This document shows positions 20,598 to 28,939 of a DNA stretch of 64,000 nucleotides, piece by piece; positions within the stretch are counted from its first letter, which is position 1; each line of letters opens with the position of its first letter. Origin of the DNA: an uncultured Gemmataceae bacterium (lineage in GTDB: Bacteria; Planctomycetota; Planctomycetia; Gemmatales; Gemmataceae); NCBI GenBank assembly GCA_963750165.1, contig CAVVPN010000003.1, forward strand, positions 992,001 through 1,056,000. Direction: 5' to 3'. The notes under the pieces were generated by a model that was given only the letters and a program-made list of their open reading frames with translations, made no database searches and had not been told where the DNA came from. The position numbers and the translations under genes were made by a program.

Positions 20598-20881
20598 AAA
20601 CCCGATCCACAGATGACACAGATGAACTCAGATAAAGACAAATGGCCAATTTGTTTGTCTGTAGAGCGGTTCACGCACGGTTTGCGCACAAGTGGCGGCG
20701 GGCACGGGCTGACCTCCAGCGGCCTGCGCTGCCACAGCAAGGGGGCCAAGGGGGCCAAGGGGGCCAACTTTTTCACACGTCGAGATTCGGCGCCTGGCAG
20801 CGCCGGCCTGCCGTTCGTGGTCCACACAACTGCGAACCGCGCTATCTGAGTTCATCTGTGTCATCTGTGGATCGGGTTTTT
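20596..20881. repeat. 39-bp perfect inverted repeat (CACAGATGA nonamers) interrupted by an insertion
   Basis: 20596-20634 is the exact reverse complement of 20843-20881. Confidence 0.93.
20662..20844. mobile_element. MITE-like insertion of 179 bp flanked by a TA duplication
   Basis: TA|GAGCGGTTC ... GAACCGCGC|TA; removing it extends the host hairpin; ends shared with 56518-56671, body shared with 5643-5880. Confidence 0.65.
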
Positions 20882-21053
20882 TTCCGGACGTGGGAACTTT
20901 GCCGCCGCCGACCGCGTCGAAGGAGGTAACGGGGTCGGAGAGAGAAGTAGGCACTTGACAACCAACCCCACCACAAGCCACATTACAGTGTTCCCCGCGT
21001 TTCCAATCGGGCAGAGCGAAACAGGGGCAGCCACCCGGAAAGCAGGTATTCAA

Positions 21054-22394
21054 ATGTCGAGTCCAGCGGGTATGAATCGCCGGCACTTCCTTAAGCACGT
21101 GGCGGGCTACTCCATGTTGGCGCTGCCCGGCCTGCAGTTCTTGCGGACGATCCAGGCCAACGCGCAGCAAATGCGGCGGAACAACAAGAGTCTGATCGTC
21201 CTGTGGATGGGCGGCGGCCCAGCCACCATCGACATCTGGGACCTCAAGCCCGGCCGGAACACCGGTGGCGAGTTCCGGCCGATCAACACCACCGCCCAGG
21301 GCGTGCAGATCAGCGAACACATGCCGCGCACCGCGGAACAGTTCCGGAACCTGGTCGCCATTCGCTCGCTGACCACCACCGAGGGCGACCACAACCGCGG
21401 CACCCAGTTGATGCACACCGCCTACACGCCCAACCCGGCCATCGCCTTTCCGTCGATCGGCGCGGTGGTGTCGCTGGAAGGCCCCAAGCTGCGGGGCTAC
21501 CAGGATATTTCGCTGCCGACGTACATCACCATCCAGGGCGGTCGCGGTGCCGAGGGCCCCGGCTTCCTGGGTATGAACTACGCGCCGTTCACGGTGCAGA
21601 ACCCCGGCACGCCGCCGGAGAACATCCGGCCGCCGTCGGGGCTGGGCGCCGGCGAAACCGAACAGATGGAACGCATCCGCCGCCGGCAGCGGCTGTTCTA
21701 TGACCTGGAAGACGGCTTCATGGACGGCCGCGTGCCGCACCTGCAGGACCCCAAGGACCGGGCCAAGTTCGCCGACCCGTCCAAGGCCCACGCCGACATC
21801 TACAAGAAGGGCTTCAGCCTGGTGGCCTCGCGTGAGGGCAAGGTCTTCGACCTGAATGCCGAGCCGGCCCGGTTGAAGGAAGAGTACGGCAACAACAACT
21901 TCGGTCGGGCGGCGCTGCTGGCCCGGCGACTGGTGGAGTCGGGCGTCTCCGCGGTCGAGTTGAGCCTGGGCGGCTGGGACACGCACAACCAGACCTTCAA
22001 CGCCCACAGCACCCGGCTGCAGCCGACGCTCGACCGGGCCATGGGCACCCTGGTCCGCGACCTGGTGGATCGTGGCATGTGGCAGAATACGGTGGTGTTG
22101 TGGATGGGCGAGTTCGGCCGCACGCCGCGCATCAACCAGAACAACGGCCGCGACCACTGGGCGCGGTGCTGGTCGGTGGTGATTGGCGGCGGCGCCCTCC
22201 GCGGCGGCCAGGCCTACGGCTCGACGGACGCGGACGGCATGGCGGTGGCGACCAACCCGGTGCGCGTCCAGGATCTGTTCGCCACGGTCTACCGTGCTCT
22301 CGGCATCGACCCGTCCACGCAGGTCCGTGACCCGATTGGCCGGCCGTTCAACATCTCCGGCCTGGGCGGCCACCCCATCAACACGCTGTTCTAA
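21054..22394 (+). CDS. DUF1501 family protein, Tat-exported
   Basis: NRRHFLK twin-arginine; LWMGGGP..ID.WDLKP, LLARRLVESGV, GGWDTH, GEFGRTPRIN, GRDHW. Confidence 0.93.
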   Translation: MSSPAGMNRRHFLKHVAGYSMLALPGLQFLRTIQANAQQMRRNNKSLIVLWMGGGPATIDIWDLKPGRNTGGEFRPINTTAQGVQISEHMPRTAEQFRNLVAIRSLTTTEGDHNRGTQLMHTAYTPNPAIAFPSIGAVVSLEGPKLRGYQDISLPTYITIQGGRGAEGPGFLGMNYAPFTVQNPGTPPENIRPPSGLGAGETEQMERIRRRQRLFYDLEDGFMDGRVPHLQDPKDRAKFADPSKAHADIYKKGFSLVASREGKVFDLNAEPARLKEEYGNNNFGRAALLARRLVESGVSAVELSLGGWDTHNQTFNAHSTRLQPTLDRAMGTLVRDLVDRGMWQNTVVLWMGEFGRTPRINQNNGRDHWARCWSVVIGGGALRGGQAYGSTDADGMAVATNPVRVQDLFATVYRALGIDPSTQVRDPIGRPFNISGLGGHPINTLF

Positions 22395-22414
22395 GAATTG
22401 CGAATCATACGCAC

Positions 22415-22466
22415 ACCCCGGTTATGTGTCGCGCGGCTCCTCGCGATACGTAACCGGGGTTTTTTT
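22415..22466 (+). terminator. Rho-independent terminator
   Basis: ACCCCGGTTA...TAACCGGGGT stem followed by a T tract, downstream of the DUF1501 gene. Confidence 0.7.
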
Positions 22467-22494
22467 CATGCGGAGCGTGGGAACGAGGAGGCCC

Positions 22495-23883
22495 TCAGCG
22501 GATGCCCGCCTTGGCCGCTGCCGTGGGATCGATTTTCTTCAAAGCGTTGATGAGGGCCACGCGCACCTCCGCATTCTGCTCGAACAGCGCCTCCAGCAGC
22601 GCCGGCACCGCTTCCCTGGCGTCGGGGCCGAACCCGGCCAGGATCTCCGCCGTCCGTCGCCGCACCGCCGGGCTGCGGTTGCCCAGCTCCTTCGTCAGCA
22701 CTGGAAGCGCCCGACCCCGCACCACCGGCGCCAGGCCCCACAGCGACTGGGCCGCGCTCAACCGCACCTGCGCGTCCTTATCTTCCAACAGGGGCAGCAA
22801 CAGCGCCGCGTCGGCCTTGTCCACCTGCAACCGGCCCAGCGCCGTCGCCGCCGCGGCACGCTCACGCGCGTCCTTCGCCTCCAGCGCCGCCGCCACGCCG
22901 CGCACCGCCGGCCTGGCCGCCGGCCCGATCTCGGCCAGCGCGCGCAGCGCACGCTCACGGAGGTAGCCGGACTTCTCGCCGAGCGCTGCCGTCAGCACCG
23001 CCACGCCGGCCGTCTGCTGCTTGATCCGCCACAGCGCCAGCGCCGTGATGATGCGCACGTCGGCGTCCTTATCCTTGAGACCGGCCGCCAACTTATCCGC
23101 CGCCGATTTCGCTCCCGGCCCGACCTGGCCCAGCGCCTGGGCGGCGGAACGGCGCACCACCGGCTCGGCGTCCGCCAGCGCCGCGGTCAGGGCCGGCACC
23201 GCATCGGTGGCGCCCGCGCCGATCAGCCCCAGGGCGGTCGCCGCGGTGCGCCGTCGCTTGATGTCCTTCGCCATCAGGGCCGCCGTCAGCGCCGGCACCG
23301 CCGCCGGGCCGATTTTGCCCAGGGCGATGGTGATGTGCGGCTCCACGAAGTCGAAATCCTTCTGCCCCGTCGCGGCCAGCAGGGCGGGCAGGGCGCCTTT
23401 CGCCTCTGGACCAATCTCGCCCAGGGCGGTCGCCACTTCGCCGCGGACGGTGAGGTCGTCATCCTTCAGGGCCGCGGCCAGGGCGGACACGGCTTTTTCG
23501 GCCTTCGGCCCCATCAGGGCGAGGACGCCGGCCGCCGCGGCGCGGTTCTCGGCGAGCTTATCCCTGAGCCCCTGCCGCAGCGTCGGCAACAGCAGGGCCG
23601 GCATCGGCTTTTCGATCTTCCACAGCGCCTCGGCAATCTTGATGCGCACGGCGATGCTCTTGTCTTTTTCCAGGGCCTCACGCAGCGCCGGGAGGGCGAA
23701 CCTGGCGGTGGCCCCGAGCTGGGCGAGCAGGTCCGCGGACTGGTAGCGCACGGTCGCGTCGGGGTGCTGCAGCGCCTTGAGGCCATCGAAGGTCTGCTTC
23801 TTCTTGTCCTGCCCGGCCGCCGTCGGGGCCACTCCGCCCAGCGCGAGCAGGACCGCCAGCCACACCGTATGCCACGTGTTCAT
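22495..23883 (-). CDS. Secreted HEAT-repeat protein
   Basis: Signal peptide; repeated ALG.IGP.A..AVPAL..AL.D. Confidence 0.9.
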   Translation of the reverse strand: MNTWHTVWLAVLLALGGVAPTAAGQDKKKQTFDGLKALQHPDATVRYQSADLLAQLGATARFALPALREALEKDKSIAVRIKIAEALWKIEKPMPALLLPTLRQGLRDKLAENRAAAAGVLALMGPKAEKAVSALAAALKDDDLTVRGEVATALGEIGPEAKGALPALLAATGQKDFDFVEPHITIALGKIGPAAVPALTAALMAKDIKRRRTAATALGLIGAGATDAVPALTAALADAEPVVRRSAAQALGQVGPGAKSAADKLAAGLKDKDADVRIITALALWRIKQQTAGVAVLTAALGEKSGYLRERALRALAEIGPAARPAVRGVAAALEAKDARERAAAATALGRLQVDKADAALLLPLLEDKDAQVRLSAAQSLWGLAPVVRGRALPVLTKELGNRSPAVRRRTAEILAGFGPDAREAVPALLEALFEQNAEVRVALINALKKIDPTAAAKAGIR

Positions 23884-23986
23884 GAAATGCTCCCGTCATT
23901 AGAAGAGCCGGCGGCACCGCGCCGGGCGGGGACTACAATAGGACGATGACGGCCCGGATTTATTACCCCAACGGGTAACCTCGTCC

Positions 23987-24047
23987 CGTGGCACGGCTCT
24001 CCCGAGCCGTGTGGGCGACCGACACGGCTCGGGAGAGCCGTGCCACG
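23987..24047. repeat. GTGG-headed REP doublet (variant of family A)
   Basis: CGTGGCACGGCTCTCCCGAGCCGTG ... CACGGCTCGGGAGAGCCGTGCCACG. Confidence 0.85.
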
Positions 24048-24111
24048 TGAGCATCTTGGCCGCCGGGGTAATATGTCGCCGTCGCGCCGTTTCTCGAACC
24101 GGGGTTATCTT

Positions 24112-24810
24112 ATGCCGCCGCCGGAGCTGGAGATTCTTTACGAGGACAACCACTGCCTGGCGATTGCCAAGCCGGCGGGCCGGATCAGCACGCACTTTCA
24201 GGGCGACGAGGAAACGCTGGACCGCGACGTGAAGGCGTACCTGAAGGCGAAGTACCAGAAGCCCGGCAACGTCTTCCTCGGCGTGGTGCATCGGCTCGAC
24301 CGGCCGGTGAGCGGCGTGCTGCTGTTCGCGCGGACGAGCAAGGCGGCGGCGCGGCTGTCGGAGCAGTTCCGCCAGGGCAGCGTCGAGAAGGTGTACTGGG
24401 CCGTCGTCGAGGGCGACGTGCTCCGCAGCGCCGGCACGCTGGAGGACTGGCTGAAGAAGGACGCGGTGACGCGGCGTGTGGACGTGGTGGAACCGCGGAC
24501 GCCGGGAGCGCGGCAGGCCCTGCTGCACTACCAAACGCGCGGCCGGCACGGCGGCCTGGCGTGGCTGGAACTGCGGCCGCAGACGGGGCGGACGCATCAG
24601 CTGCGCGTGCAGCTGGCGCACCACGGCCACCCGATCTACGGCGACGCGAAGTACGGCTCAATCCACACATTCGCGCCGGCGGTGGCGCTGCACGCGCGAG
24701 CGCTGACGTTCCTGCACCCGATTCGCTACGAGCCGATCACCCTGACGGCGGAACTGCCGCGGGCGTGGCGCGGCCGCTTCGCCTATGTGCTGCGTGAGGG
24801 CCAGTCATGA
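24112..24810 (+). CDS. RluA-family pseudouridine synthase
   Basis: ILYEDNH, KPAG, catalytic VHRLDRPVSG, TGRTHQLRVQL, GHPIYGD..YG, LHAR. Confidence 0.93.
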   Translation: MPPPELEILYEDNHCLAIAKPAGRISTHFQGDEETLDRDVKAYLKAKYQKPGNVFLGVVHRLDRPVSGVLLFARTSKAAARLSEQFRQGSVEKVYWAVVEGDVLRSAGTLEDWLKKDAVTRRVDVVEPRTPGARQALLHYQTRGRHGGLAWLELRPQTGRTHQLRVQLAHHGHPIYGDAKYGSIHTFAPAVALHARALTFLHPIRYEPITLTAELPRAWRGRFAYVLREGQS

Positions 24811-25814
24811 GCGACGCCGTGTTGACGCGCATGCGCGACCTGATTCAGCAGGACGTGAACCAGCGCGGCCTGGCGACGGACCCGGCCGTCAACCTGGTCA
24901 ACGCCTGGCCGAACGACTTCGCGGCGGCGTGCCACAGCCTCGCGTCGGCACCGCGGCCGGCGCTGGCGGTGGTGACGGGCTTCCTGATCCCGACCGCGGA
25001 ACCGCCGTGCGGCGAGACAGACGGGCCGCTGGGGGCGCTGTATCTGGCGCGGGCGCTGGTGCCGCTGGGCATCAAGGTGGCGCTGGTGACGGACGGGTTC
25101 GGCAAGCAGGCGCTGCAAGCGGGGCTGGAGTCGTGCGGTCTGGAGACGACCGTGCCGCTGCTGACGCTGCCGCCGCCCAGCCACCCGTGGGACGCCTACC
25201 TGGAATTTGACTGGCTGCGCTTCGCCCGCACACGGTTTGGTCTGACGCATCTGCTGGCACTGGAGCGCGTCGGCCCGAGCCATACGCCGGCGTCGATGCA
25301 GGGGCAACCCGGACTGGATGAGTTCTTGCGAGAGGTGCCGCCGGAGCACTTCGACCGTTGCCACACCATGCGCGGCATCGACATCACGGCATCCATGAGC
25401 CCGGCACACCGGCTGTTTGAGGCGGTCAAGGAACATCTGCCGCACGTCACGACTCTTGGCATCGGCGACGGCGGCAATGAGATCGGCATGGGCAAAATTG
25501 CGTGGGAGGTGATTCGCCGCAATGTGCCCGGCGGCGGCGTGGTGGCGTGTCGAGTGCCAACGGATCGGCTGATCGTGTGCGGTATTAGCAACTGGGGGGC
25601 GTATGGGCTGGCGGCGGGCGTGCGCCTGCTGCGCGGGGCGGTGCCGGATCGGGAGCTGTTTGACGACGGCCGCGAACTGGAGTTATTGCGGCTGATGGTC
25701 GAACGGGGACCGCTGGTGGACGGAGTCAAGGCGCAGCGGGTGGCGACGGTGGACGGGCTGGAGTGGGAGCGCTACGCGGCGGTGCTGCGAGCGTTGGCGG
25801 AGGTTCCATCGTAG
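24807..25814 (+). CDS. DUF4392 / D-glutamate cyclase C-terminal-like domain protein
   Basis: VTGF, ETDGPLGA, ALERVGP, GIGDGGNEIGMG, SNWGAY; ATGA overlap with the RluA-family gene. Confidence 0.82.
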   Translation: MSDAVLTRMRDLIQQDVNQRGLATDPAVNLVNAWPNDFAAACHSLASAPRPALAVVTGFLIPTAEPPCGETDGPLGALYLARALVPLGIKVALVTDGFGKQALQAGLESCGLETTVPLLTLPPPSHPWDAYLEFDWLRFARTRFGLTHLLALERVGPSHTPASMQGQPGLDEFLREVPPEHFDRCHTMRGIDITASMSPAHRLFEAVKEHLPHVTTLGIGDGGNEIGMGKIAWEVIRRNVPGGGVVACRVPTDRLIVCGISNWGAYGLAAGVRLLRGAVPDRELFDDGRELELLRLMVERGPLVDGVKAQRVATVDGLEWERYAAVLRALAEVPS

Positions 25815-25962
25815 GCGTCGTTTCGTTTCACGGGGGTGAAACGAAATAACCCCCTGGCCGCGAACGGCTTGCCGTTTCATTTCACGTTTTTCACACACCC
25901 AACGCGACAGGCGGAGCCCTTCCGTGCAGGGCCGGGCCGGCCGGAGCCTGGCGTTGTCAACC
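25815..25962 (-). repeat. Dispersed 148-nt structured repeat, copy 2
   Basis: Reverse complement aligns with 13396-13543. Confidence 0.85.
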
Positions 25963-25983
25963 CGGGGCGAACCCGGCTTCCTG

Positions 25984-26043
25984 GTTCGTGGTTCCGCCTT
26001 CAGACGGTCTTGAGCGAAGACCGCCTGAAGGCGGACCATGAAC
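25984..26043. repeat. REP-like palindrome (GTGGTTCCGCCTTCAG type)
   Basis: Imperfect inverted repeat GTTCGTGGTTCCGCCTTCAGACGGTCTT / AAGACCGCCTGAAGGCGGACCATGAAC. Confidence 0.75.
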
Positions 26044-26070
26044 GAAGACAGCCCATTCCGCCCCCGCTGC

Positions 26071-27234
26071 TTATTTCGGTGGCGCCGCCACCTGGCGAGT
26101 AGCCGCGGCGGCCGCCTCCCGCAAGGCAGTGCTGGGGTCCGCGTGCGCTTCCCGCAGGACCGGCAGCGCGTCCACGGCCGCCGGCCCGAATTCGCCCAGG
26201 ACTTCGACGAGTTGTTTGCTGGCCGTTCGGGCGGGGCTGTTCAGCTTGGCCAGGTGGTCCTTCAAACGGGTTTCCGGGGTTTCAGGCGGAGGAGGAAATT
26301 CAGGTAGCGCATCCCGCGTTCCATACCCTGCAGAAGGCATTTCCAGCACAGTTGCCGATTCAGATCCCTGCGCAGCAAATATTTTCGCCTCCTGCTCCAG
26401 TTCCTCGACGCGAGCCCGCTTCAACTCGTTCAACCGGGCGACGAGCAGCGGCACGACCACGTGTGAGTGCGACTTGAGACGGGGCAACCAGTAAGCAGCC
26501 CTGGCGTACCAGCTGTCATCCCACGGTTTCTTGGACTCCGCGAACACCGCAGTCACAAACGCCCGCACCGTCGCCTCGTCACCCAGCGCCTCGGCCAACC
26601 AGGTGCTCGCGCCGTCAGCAAACGGATGGTTTTCCAGGTACCGGAACAACACGCCTCGGTCCTTCTCCGACCCGTGCTTCCACCGTTGAACCAACCCCAC
26701 CAGGGCCGGTTTACTGTCGGGAAGTCTGACCAGCGTTTGTTCACAGAACTGGCAAGTACGCGGTTCGTCCAGACCCTTCAACAACGCAGGCACCATCGCG
26801 GCGCCAATTCGTAGGGACGCATCCCGCGCCTCCAAGACGACCTTGCCGTTGACGATTTTTACATCATCCGGATCCACAACCCAGGAAATCCAGTGCTGTT
26901 CCTCGGGATAGAGTCCCGCGATTTCCACGATGACGGGGGCCGCCGCCTCCGCGTAACCATTCTCACCTAAGGTGGCCAAGGCCCGCAGCGCCTCGATGCG
27001 GCGTTCGGGCTTCAACTCCGTCCGGCAGTACGTTTGCCAGTACGCGAACGGTTTGCCGTCGTAGCGCAACTCCTTGTCGGTGTCTGCGGCGGGACTGGGA
27101 GTCGCCTCGACAACCTTGTCCTCAGGGGCCGGCTGCGAATTCTGCGAGCCACCGACAACGGCCATGACGCAGGCCCCGACCGCCGCACAGGCCAGTCCCC
27201 AAATGCCCGCGCGTCGCAGTTTCTTGATTCGCAT
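26071..27234 (-). CDS. Hypothetical exported protein with HEAT-like repeats
   Basis: N-terminal hydrophobic segment; YDGKPF..W...ELKPERRIEALRAL; C-terminal LGEFGPAAVDALPVL. Confidence 0.65.
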   Translation of the reverse strand: MRIKKLRRAGIWGLACAAVGACVMAVVGGSQNSQPAPEDKVVEATPSPAADTDKELRYDGKPFAYWQTYCRTELKPERRIEALRALATLGENGYAEAAAPVIVEIAGLYPEEQHWISWVVDPDDVKIVNGKVVLEARDASLRIGAAMVPALLKGLDEPRTCQFCEQTLVRLPDSKPALVGLVQRWKHGSEKDRGVLFRYLENHPFADGASTWLAEALGDEATVRAFVTAVFAESKKPWDDSWYARAAYWLPRLKSHSHVVVPLLVARLNELKRARVEELEQEAKIFAAQGSESATVLEMPSAGYGTRDALPEFPPPPETPETRLKDHLAKLNSPARTASKQLVEVLGEFGPAAVDALPVLREAHADPSTALREAAAAATRQVAAPPK

Positions 27235-27659
27235 GGATTCGGCCCTCCCTGGCCTTCCGAATGGACCCGCAGCCGGTTGCGCTCCGGCACCGCGGGCCAG
27301 GTCAACCAAAATAAGTTTGTCCTTCCGGGTTCGCTTTTGATGCGAGGCTACCGAGACGATCCTCCATGTCCACAATGAGACGGTCGTAGGTTACGCAGAA
27401 GATGTGTTTTGAACTCACGACCACGTTCTCTTCCCGCCACGCCAACCGCAGGCGTTCCCCCCGCCGATAAAAATGGCGGCCAACTGCTGTTGATCGCGCG
27501 CCGGACCTGTGCCTGTTCCTCGTCGTTCAGTTGCCTGATCATCGCGGCCGCCAGCCGGTTTGTGACGCAGCGCTGCGAAAAGTCGTTCTACCGTCTTACC
27601 TCAATCCCGCGGCATTGTACCCGGCCCTGCGGTCGGCGATCAAGCTGAACGCCAGCGTA

Positions 27660-28874
27660 TCAAACATCGACACGCCCCCCTGGCTCCTCAAACAGGGTGC
27701 CGCGCGGGTTGACGGTGACCCAGCAGGCCGCCGCCGTCGCGTAGACGGCGGCGAACAGGAACAACACCGGCTCCCACTGTCCCGTCGCCTTGACGTACCA
27801 CCCGACCACGAGCGGGAAGAGCGCCGCTCCGAGGTTGCCGGACGTGTTAAGGACGCTGAACACCGTGGCGACCTGCTTGCCGGCGAACTCCAGGCCCACG
27901 GGATAGACGCTGACGCCGCCGAAGGTGGCGCAGTAGGCCCCGACCGCCATTAGCAGGACGGCCGTGTCGGTGTCGCGCACGAAATACGACAGCACCGCCA
28001 GGCCGGCACAGCACGACAGGCCCAGGACGGCGACGCCCTGGCGGAACAGGCGGCGCCGGCCGGTGAGCCGCACCAGGCCGTCGGACGCGGCGCCGCCGCT
28101 GGCGCTGCCCAGCAGGGCGCCGAACGCCACCAGCATGGTGAGCTGGCCCGACTCCAGTTGCGCCACGCCGCGCGTCGCCTGCAAGAACCGTGGGAACCAG
28201 GTGACGAAGAACACCATCCCCCCGGCACGCAGGAATTGCTGGGCGCACAACAACTGCATCTGGCCGCTGGTGCAGAGGCGCCGCCAGGCGACCGGCCCGC
28301 GCGCCGGCGCCGCAGCCGATCCAGGCGGGCTGTCCGGTGTCAGCGCCCAGAACGCCACGGCCCACAGGACGCCCGGCACGGCGTAGCTGGCGATGACGGC
28401 GCGCCAGTCCCAGACCGTCAACAGCCCGCCGGACAGCGCGGGCGCGAGCGCCATCCCCAGAAACATGCTGGCGGCGAGGAAGCCCGAGCCGATTGCCCGG
28501 TCCGCGTCGCCGAACCAGCCGCCGATGGCCTTCATCGCGGCGGGGATCAGGGCAGCCTGGGCCATGCCCATCAGCGACCACAAGGCCAGCAAGGTCCAGG
28601 CGTCCACCGCCGCGCCCGCCAGGCCGGTCAGCAGCGACCAGGCCAGGGCGAACGCCGCCAGCGTCCGCCGGCTGCCCCAGCGATCCGCGAGCCAGCCGGA
28701 CGGGATTTGCAGGGCGGCGTAGCCGAGGAACCAGCCGCCCATGACGAGGCCCATGATGTCCTCGCGGAAACCCAGTTCGGTCTGAATCGTCAGCGCGGGC
28801 ACGCTGAGGGCGCCGCGCTGGATGTACGCGATCACCGCCACCGCACACAGCCAGGCCAGCACCAGGTAACGCAT
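27660..28874 (-). CDS. MFS transporter (ACS-like)
   Basis: About 12 TM helices; IAYIQRGALSV and motif A QIPSGWLADRWGSRR. Confidence 0.92.
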   Translation of the reverse strand: MRYLVLAWLCAVAVIAYIQRGALSVPALTIQTELGFREDIMGLVMGGWFLGYAALQIPSGWLADRWGSRRTLAAFALAWSLLTGLAGAAVDAWTLLALWSLMGMAQAALIPAAMKAIGGWFGDADRAIGSGFLAASMFLGMALAPALSGGLLTVWDWRAVIASYAVPGVLWAVAFWALTPDSPPGSAAAPARGPVAWRRLCTSGQMQLLCAQQFLRAGGMVFFVTWFPRFLQATRGVAQLESGQLTMLVAFGALLGSASGGAASDGLVRLTGRRRLFRQGVAVLGLSCCAGLAVLSYFVRDTDTAVLLMAVGAYCATFGGVSVYPVGLEFAGKQVATVFSVLNTSGNLGAALFPLVVGWYVKATGQWEPVLFLFAAVYATAAACWVTVNPRGTLFEEPGGRVDV

Positions 28875-28880
28875 GACCCC

Positions 28881-28910
28881 GTTATACCCGAACCACCGGC
28901 GCACCTTCAA
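28881..28910 (-). promoter_or_regulatory. Putative sigma70 promoter giving a leaderless MFS mRNA
   Basis: TTGAAG-N18-TATAAC ending 6 nt before the ATG, no SD. Confidence 0.45.
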
Positions 28911-28939
28911 CGAAGCCGAGCGCCGCCCCGGGTCTGAGC

